A stretch of DNA of 63,942 bases, the filler included, from Dehalococcoidia bacterium (lineage in GTDB: Bacteria; Chloroflexota; Dehalococcoidia; DSTF01; JACRBR01): the NCBI GenBank assembly GCA_041494685.1. It is 3 parts of 3 records of this genome, joined end to end, with 100 filler letters (N's around TTAATTAATTAA, not from the genome) between each part and the next. Parts side by side here need not be neighbours in the genome. Positions count along the whole stretch, not along the records: positions 30,426 to 60,206 come from JBGQBE010000043.1; positions 60,307 to 63,942 come from JBGQBE010000077.1; 1 more part is not named here. The stretch is one strand, 5' to 3'. Positions 59,116 through 63,942 of this stretch are shown in pieces. The position numbers and the translations under genes were made by a program. Under the pieces are notes generated by a model. It ran no database searches, was not told where the DNA came from, and saw only the letters and a program-made list of their open reading frames with translations. Each line of letters opens with the position of its first letter. The first letter of the stretch is position 1.

Positions 59116-59736
59116 TTACTGCAGGCCGGCCTGCGTCAGCCGCTCGCGGATCTTGTCCGCGGTCAACTGGCCGAACTGCAGCGCGGCGATCGTGCCGTCG
59201 CGCGTGACGAAGAAGCTGTCGGGCAGCCCTTGCAGCCGGTACTGCGCGTAGACGCCGCCTTCGCTATCCAGCACCATCGGCAGCGTGATGTTGTGCTCTT
59301 TGAAGAACGCGGCCGCATCTCCCGCGCTTTCCTGGTAGTCGACCTCCAGCACCTCCAGCCCGCGTGCGTGGAACTCGTCGTAGGCGTGCTGGATATCGGG
59401 CAACTCTTGCTTGCAGGGCCTGCACCAGGTCTCCCAGAAGTTCACTAGGACCACACTGCCGCGGAGGTCGCTCAGCTTGACCACAGCGCCGTCTGGCGTT
59501 CGCAAGGCGAAATCGGGCGCCGGCTGCCCGACCGTGGGCGGCGTGCCGGTCAGTGGGCCGAGCTGAGCACCGTCGGCGGGCATCGGGCAGCAGTTCGAGG
59601 CCGTTGTGCTCGAACTGCCGCGCGCCGCTCGCACCGCGGCGAACGCGCCGACGAGGGCCGCCAGAAGCGCCGCGGCGATCAGCGCGCGCACGAGCGGACG
59701 ATCGAGGGACGAGGCTTTCGGGGCGGGACTTTCCAT
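59116..59736 (-). CDS. TlpA/ResA-family membrane-anchored thiol-disulfide oxidoreductase
   Basis: TM anchor, APDFAL, NFWETWCRPCKQELP, GLP. Confidence 0.88.
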   Translation of the reverse strand: MESPAPKASSLDRPLVRALIAAALLAALVGAFAAVRAARGSSSTTASNCCPMPADGAQLGPLTGTPPTVGQPAPDFALRTPDGAVVKLSDLRGSVVLVNFWETWCRPCKQELPDIQHAYDEFHARGLEVLEVDYQESAGDAAAFFKEHNITLPMVLDSEGGVYAQYRLQGLPDSFFVTRDGTIAALQFGQLTADKIRERLTQAGLQ

Positions 59737-59840
59737 CGATCCCACTATACCGGGCGACTCGCGCCTGCACCGGGCGACTGGCGCCCGCGGCGGTCCCGCG
59801 TCGCTTGACCCAGCGCGGAGGCCGGTGTACCAACAGCCCG

Positions 59841-60206
59841 ATGCATGAGCGCGGCCAACGGGCGCGGCGATGGAAGTGGGGCGCGCTCGCCTGCGCACTG
59901 GCGCTTGCCTCAGCCGGCTGCGGCCTGACGAAGGCGCCACAACCGCTGCCAGCGGCGACGCCCGCCGGGCCCAACCTCTTCGCCAATCCCGGCTTCGAAC
60001 TGGGTGTGGCGTCCTGGGACCCGTTTCAGGTCCCGCTCACGAGCGGATTCACTGTCAGCGACGCAGCCTCACACAACCCGGCGGGGCACTCGGCGCGCGT
60101 GCAGATCGGCCCGGAGGCCGGCGACGACGGCACGCATGCCGCGGGATTCGCTCAGAAGCTCCAGACCGATTCGTTTCCGGAGTTCGTCTCCGGCTCCTAT
60201 CGCGTC
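59841..60206 (+). CDS. Putative lipoprotein with CBM-like start (3' truncated)
   Basis: ASAGC lipobox; NLFANPGFE motif. Confidence 0.6.
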
Positions 60207-60306
60207 NNNNNNNNNNNNNNNNNNNNNNNNNNNNNNNNNNNNNNNNNNNNTTAATTAATTAANNNNNNNNNNNNNNNNNNNNNNNNNNNNNNNNNNNNNN
60301 NNNNNN
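60207..60306. other. Artificial contig linker
   Basis: N44-TTAATTAATTAA-N44. Confidence 0.99.
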
Positions 60307-60998
60307 AGGTAGGCGTGGCCGCGGCCGCTGCGCTTCTTGCGTCCGCTGAGGATGAAGTACTGCAGCTCCCACGCCTGCGCCGCGATCTGCGAGCCGAAGA
60401 GCGACGTCTCCACTTTCTGGCCCGCGCCCGTCGTCTCGCGCGCGTACAGCGCCGCCAGAATGGCGATCGCCAGGTTCATCGCGCCGCCGTAGTCGGCGAT
60501 CGCGACGCCTGCCGGCAGCGGACCGCCGTCCGCTTCGCCGGTCATCGACATCAGCCCCCCGCGGGCCTGCGCGGCGATGTCGAACGCGGGGTGGTTGGCC
60601 TTCGGGCCGCGCGCGCCCCAGCCGGACGCGTGGGCGTAGATCAGGCGCTCGTTGAGCGGGCGCACGTCGTCGTAGCCCAGGCTCAGCTTCTCCATCGCGC
60701 CGGGGCGGAAGTTGTGGACCATGACGTCGGCGCCGGGCACCATGCGCCGCACGACCTCGCGCCCCTCTTCCGTCTTGAGGTTGATCGTGACGCTGCGCTT
60801 GCCGCGGCTGTGGGCGAGGTGGTACGCGCTCAGGCGGTCCGGGCCGTGCATCGCCAGCACGCGCCCCAGGTCGCCGAACATCAGCGGCTCGATCTTGATG
60901 ACGTCCGCGCCCATGTCGGCCATCACCAGCGTGGCCTGCGGGCCCTGCTGGAAGATCGTGAAGTCGAGTACGCGGACGCCTTCGAGCGGTCGGGGCAT
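60307..60998 (-). CDS. CaiB/BaiF family III CoA-transferase (3' truncated)
   Basis: PLEGVRVLDF, GP, MGADVIKIE, RGKRS, NFRPG, IAD. Confidence 0.92.
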
Positions 60999-61002
60999 CC
61001 CG

Positions 61003-62250
61003 CTACTGCAGGTACATGCCGGAGATCGCGCGCGCTATCACCAGTTGCTGCACCTCGGACGTGCCCTCGAAGATCGTGTAGATCTTGGCGTCGCGCGCCC
61101 AGCGCTCGACCGGCGCCTCACGCGTATACCCCACGCCACCAAGGATCTGGACAGCGCGCTCCGTCACCCAGACGGCGGTCTCGGAGGCCTTGTATTTGGA
61201 CATCGAGCCTTCCCCGTTCAGGAACGGCTTGCGTGTGCGCGCCATCCACGCGGCACGCCACACCAGCAGCCGCGACGCGTCGATCTCCGTCTTCATGTTC
61301 GCCAGCATGAAGGAGATCGCCTGGTTCTCAATGATCGGCCGGCCAAACTGCTTGCGCTCCTTCGCGTACTCCAGCGCGTACTCGTACGCCGCCCGCGCCG
61401 TGCCCAGCGCCATCGCGCCCACGGCCGGCCGCGTCGCCTCAAAGGTGCTGAGCGCCGCTTGCCCACCGGTGCGCGCGCCCTCGCGGGCCTTGGCCATCTT
61501 CGCCTCGAGCTTCTCCTTGCCGCCCAGCAAGCAGCGTCCCGGCACACGGACGTCGTCGAGGAACACTTCAGCGGTGTGCGAGGCCTTGATGCCGTGCTTC
61601 TTGAACTTCGCGCCCTGCCGCAGGCCCGGCGTGCCGGGCGGCACCACGAACGACGCCTGCCCGCGTGTACCCAGCGTCGGATCGACCGAGGCGACGACGA
61701 CGTGGATGTTGGCGATGCCGCCGTTGCTGATCCACGTCTTCTGGCCGTTCAGCACCCACTCGTCCTTCGCCTGGTCGTACACCGCGCGCGTCTTGATCGC
61801 CGCCACGTCGGAGCCGGCGTCCGGCTCCGAGACGCAGAACGCGCCGAGCTTCACGTCGTCGGCCGTGCCGTAGCACTGCGGCGCCCACTCTATGAGCTGC
61901 TCTGTCGTGCCGTTGCCCTGGATCGCCGCGACGGCGAGCGAAGAGCCGAAGAGCGCCATGCCGATGCCGGCGTCGCCCCAGAACATCTCTTCGATGGCGA
62001 TGGGCAGCATCAAGCCCGTCGGGTCGCTCTGCGTGTGCGCGAGGAGCTGCGCGCCGTAGAGCCCGGCCTTCGCCGCCTCCTGGAGGATCGGCCAGGGGGT
62101 CTCTTCGCGCTCATCCCATTCGTGGGCGGCCGGGCGCACGACCTTCTCCGCGAACTCGTGCACCCAGTTCTTGAGCTGGGTCTGCTCCTCGTTGAGCTCC
62201 ATCGAAAAGCTCTGCGTCTCGGTTGGCGTCGCTACCACCATCTCGGTCAC
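61003..62250 (-). CDS. Acyl-CoA dehydrogenase
   Basis: SEPDAGSD, LNGQKTWISNG, RKQFGRPI, ILGGVGY, IFEGTSEVQ. Confidence 0.94.
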   Translation of the reverse strand: MTEMVVATPTETQSFSMELNEEQTQLKNWVHEFAEKVVRPAAHEWDEREETPWPILQEAAKAGLYGAQLLAHTQSDPTGLMLPIAIEEMFWGDAGIGMALFGSSLAVAAIQGNGTTEQLIEWAPQCYGTADDVKLGAFCVSEPDAGSDVAAIKTRAVYDQAKDEWVLNGQKTWISNGGIANIHVVVASVDPTLGTRGQASFVVPPGTPGLRQGAKFKKHGIKASHTAEVFLDDVRVPGRCLLGGKEKLEAKMAKAREGARTGGQAALSTFEATRPAVGAMALGTARAAYEYALEYAKERKQFGRPIIENQAISFMLANMKTEIDASRLLVWRAAWMARTRKPFLNGEGSMSKYKASETAVWVTERAVQILGGVGYTREAPVERWARDAKIYTIFEGTSEVQQLVIARAISGMYLQ

Positions 62251-62490
62251 TCCTGCACCCGTGTCGCGTCAGCGCCGTCCCGTAACGGCGCGTGCATCGC
62301 GCGTAGAACATGATACCGATCTGACGCCACACCCTGAAGGCCGCGGAGGCGGCGGGCGGCGGCAATGTCGCGTCAAGTCCACCCATCGATACATGCCGAC
62401 GGTGCCGAACGGCGCATGGCGGCAGCGTTATTCCGGAAATCGATTGCGTGCGAGTCCCGCTACAAGGTGCCGCTTGCTAGCATGACGGCC

Positions 62491-63618
62491 ATGGACGCCC
62501 GGAAGACCGTCGACACGATCACCCGTAACCTCGAAGAGGTGCTCACGCGCGACGACCTGGAGTCGCTCGTCGCAAGCGGCACGCCGCTGCGCCACTACAT
62601 CGGCTTCGAGATCTCCGGCAAAGTGCACCTGGGACAGGGCCTCGTCTGCATGTCGAAGGTCAAGGACTTCGTCGACGCCGGCGTGCACTGCACGATCTTC
62701 CTCGCCGACTGGCACACCTGGATCAACGACAAGCTCGGCGGCGACCGCGACACGATCCGCCGCATGGCTACCGCCTACTTCATGGAGGCGATGAAGGCCT
62801 CGTTCCGCTGCATCGGCGGCGACCCGGCGAAGCTGCACTTCGTCCTGGCCACCGACCTCTACCACCACAACGACGACCACTGGGCCACGCTCATCGACGT
62901 CGCGAAGAACACGTCGCTCGCGCGGATGCAGCGCAGCATCACGATCCTGGGCCGCAAGGAGGGCGAGTCGGTGGACTTCGCCAAGCTGCTGTACCCGCCC
63001 CTGCAGGTGGCCGACATCTTCACGATGGGCATCAACATCGCCCACGCCGGGATGGACCAGCGCAAGGCGCACGTCGTCGCGCGCGACGTCGCGACGAAGC
63101 TCAAGGTGCGGCCGCTGCGCGACGCGACGGGCGCGCAGATCAAGCCCGTGTGCGTGCATCACCCGCTGCTGCTCGGCCTCAAGAAGCCGGCCATGTGGCC
63201 GCCGCCGGAGTCGGACCTGACGGACTTCTGGGCGTCGATGAAGATGAGCAAGTCCGACAAGTCGTCGGCGCTCTTCGTCCACGACGCCGAGGACGACGTG
63301 CGCGCGAAGGTGCGCAAGGCGTTCTGCCCGCCCGACTCCGCGCCGTTCAACCCGATGCTCGACTGGGCGCGCAAGCTGATCTTCCCGCGCGACGGCGAGT
63401 TCCGCATCGCGCGCAGCGAGGCGCACGGCGGCGACCTGCGCTTCACCTCGTCGGAGGAGACGGACGAGGCGTTCCTCTCGGGCGCGCTGCACTCGGCCGA
63501 CCTCAAGAACAGCGTCGCCGACTGGCTCGTCGACACGCTGCGCCCCGCGCGCGAAGCGTTCTCCTCGCCCGACGCCGTCGCGCTGCTGGCGGAACTGGAC
63601 GCGCTGATCACGCGGTAG
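62491..63618 (+). CDS. tyrS: Tyrosine-tRNA ligase, archaeal/eukaryotic type
   Basis: YIGFEISGKVHLG, FLADWHTWINDK, LYPPLQVADI, GMDQRKAH, KMSKS, KAFCP, LHSADLK; no S4 domain; start 62491 or 62482. Confidence 0.9.
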   Translation: MDARKTVDTITRNLEEVLTRDDLESLVASGTPLRHYIGFEISGKVHLGQGLVCMSKVKDFVDAGVHCTIFLADWHTWINDKLGGDRDTIRRMATAYFMEAMKASFRCIGGDPAKLHFVLATDLYHHNDDHWATLIDVAKNTSLARMQRSITILGRKEGESVDFAKLLYPPLQVADIFTMGINIAHAGMDQRKAHVVARDVATKLKVRPLRDATGAQIKPVCVHHPLLLGLKKPAMWPPPESDLTDFWASMKMSKSDKSSALFVHDAEDDVRAKVRKAFCPPDSAPFNPMLDWARKLIFPRDGEFRIARSEAHGGDLRFTSSEETDEAFLSGALHSADLKNSVADWLVDTLRPAREAFSSPDAVALLAELDALITR

Positions 63619-63701
63619 GGCCGATCAACTGGTCGGCGAGTCAGGCCGGTCAGCGCCAGATCACAGCCACCTACCGCCCACTAACGGCTACCAGCTCACC
63701 A

Positions 63702-63942
63702 TCACAACAGCCGCGGCGATTCAGCGGCGAGGTCGCTGTTGTTGGCGGGCGACAGGCACGCTTCGTCGTCGTTCGCGACGGAGTTGACGCGGCGCGAGAC
63801 CTCCGTCGCGACGAGCACGCCATCCGCCGCCGGACGCAATAGCGACAGCAACTTCTCCGCGCGCGAAACCTTGTTCTCCGGCGGCACGTACCGCCACTCG
63901 TCGACATGCTCCGGCGGCAGGATCACCGGCATGCGGTCGTGC
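63702..63942 (-). CDS. SRAP / YedK (SOS response-associated peptidase), C-terminal part
   Basis: HDRMPVIL and VSRRVNSVAND motifs; open to window edge. Confidence 0.88.
   Translation of the reverse strand, partial: HDRMPVILPPEHVDEWRYVPPENKVSRAEKLLSLLRPAADGVLVATEVSRRVNSVANDDEACLSPANNSDLAAESPRLL

Noticed and set aside
62251..62490. T-box riboswitch upstream of tyrS
   Set aside because: No T-box UGGnACC antiterminator or terminator; the gene looks leaderless

Overview
GC-rich bacterial sequence, most likely a Chloroflexota (Dehalococcoidia-like) MAG. This is inferred from the DUF2298/TIGR03663 gene pair, the long Alu-type SRP RNA, the fabG-nusB-acpP order and the Tat-exported family-5 binding protein. 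The window is three unrelated contigs joined by 100-nt N/TTAATTAATTAA linkers (30326-30425 and 60207-60306). Contig 1 (1-30325) carries the end of fmt, an orphan and degenerate NuoE/NuoF-like pair, an archaeal-like membrane glycosylation cluster, rnc-smc-ftsY, a tRNA nucleotidyltransferase with a C4HC3 zinc-finger gene, DnaQ-DinG, ffs-yabE-rsmA-ispE, a dockerin-bearing secreted protein and a nitrilase. Contig 2 (30426-60206) carries zwf-opcA, ABC transporters, udg-rnj-ftsK, tatBC, yceD-rpmF-fabD-fabG-nusB-acpP, a zinc-ribbon gene / degenerate large serine recombinase / RNase HIII / rnpB cluster, two FKBPs and catabolic enzymes. Contig 3 (60307-63942) carries a CoA transferase, an acyl-CoA dehydrogenase, an archaeal-type TyrRS and a SRAP fragment. 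I see no CRISPR array, rRNA, canonical tRNA or intact mobile element. The most interesting candidates are a seemingly domesticated, catalytically degenerate serine recombinase in a housekeeping operon, two unannotated structured ncRNA candidates with their own promoter and terminator (about 17100-17279 and 56014-56190), an archaeal-type TyrRS and a PHD-finger-like small protein. All calls come from reading motifs by eye; no database searches were run.
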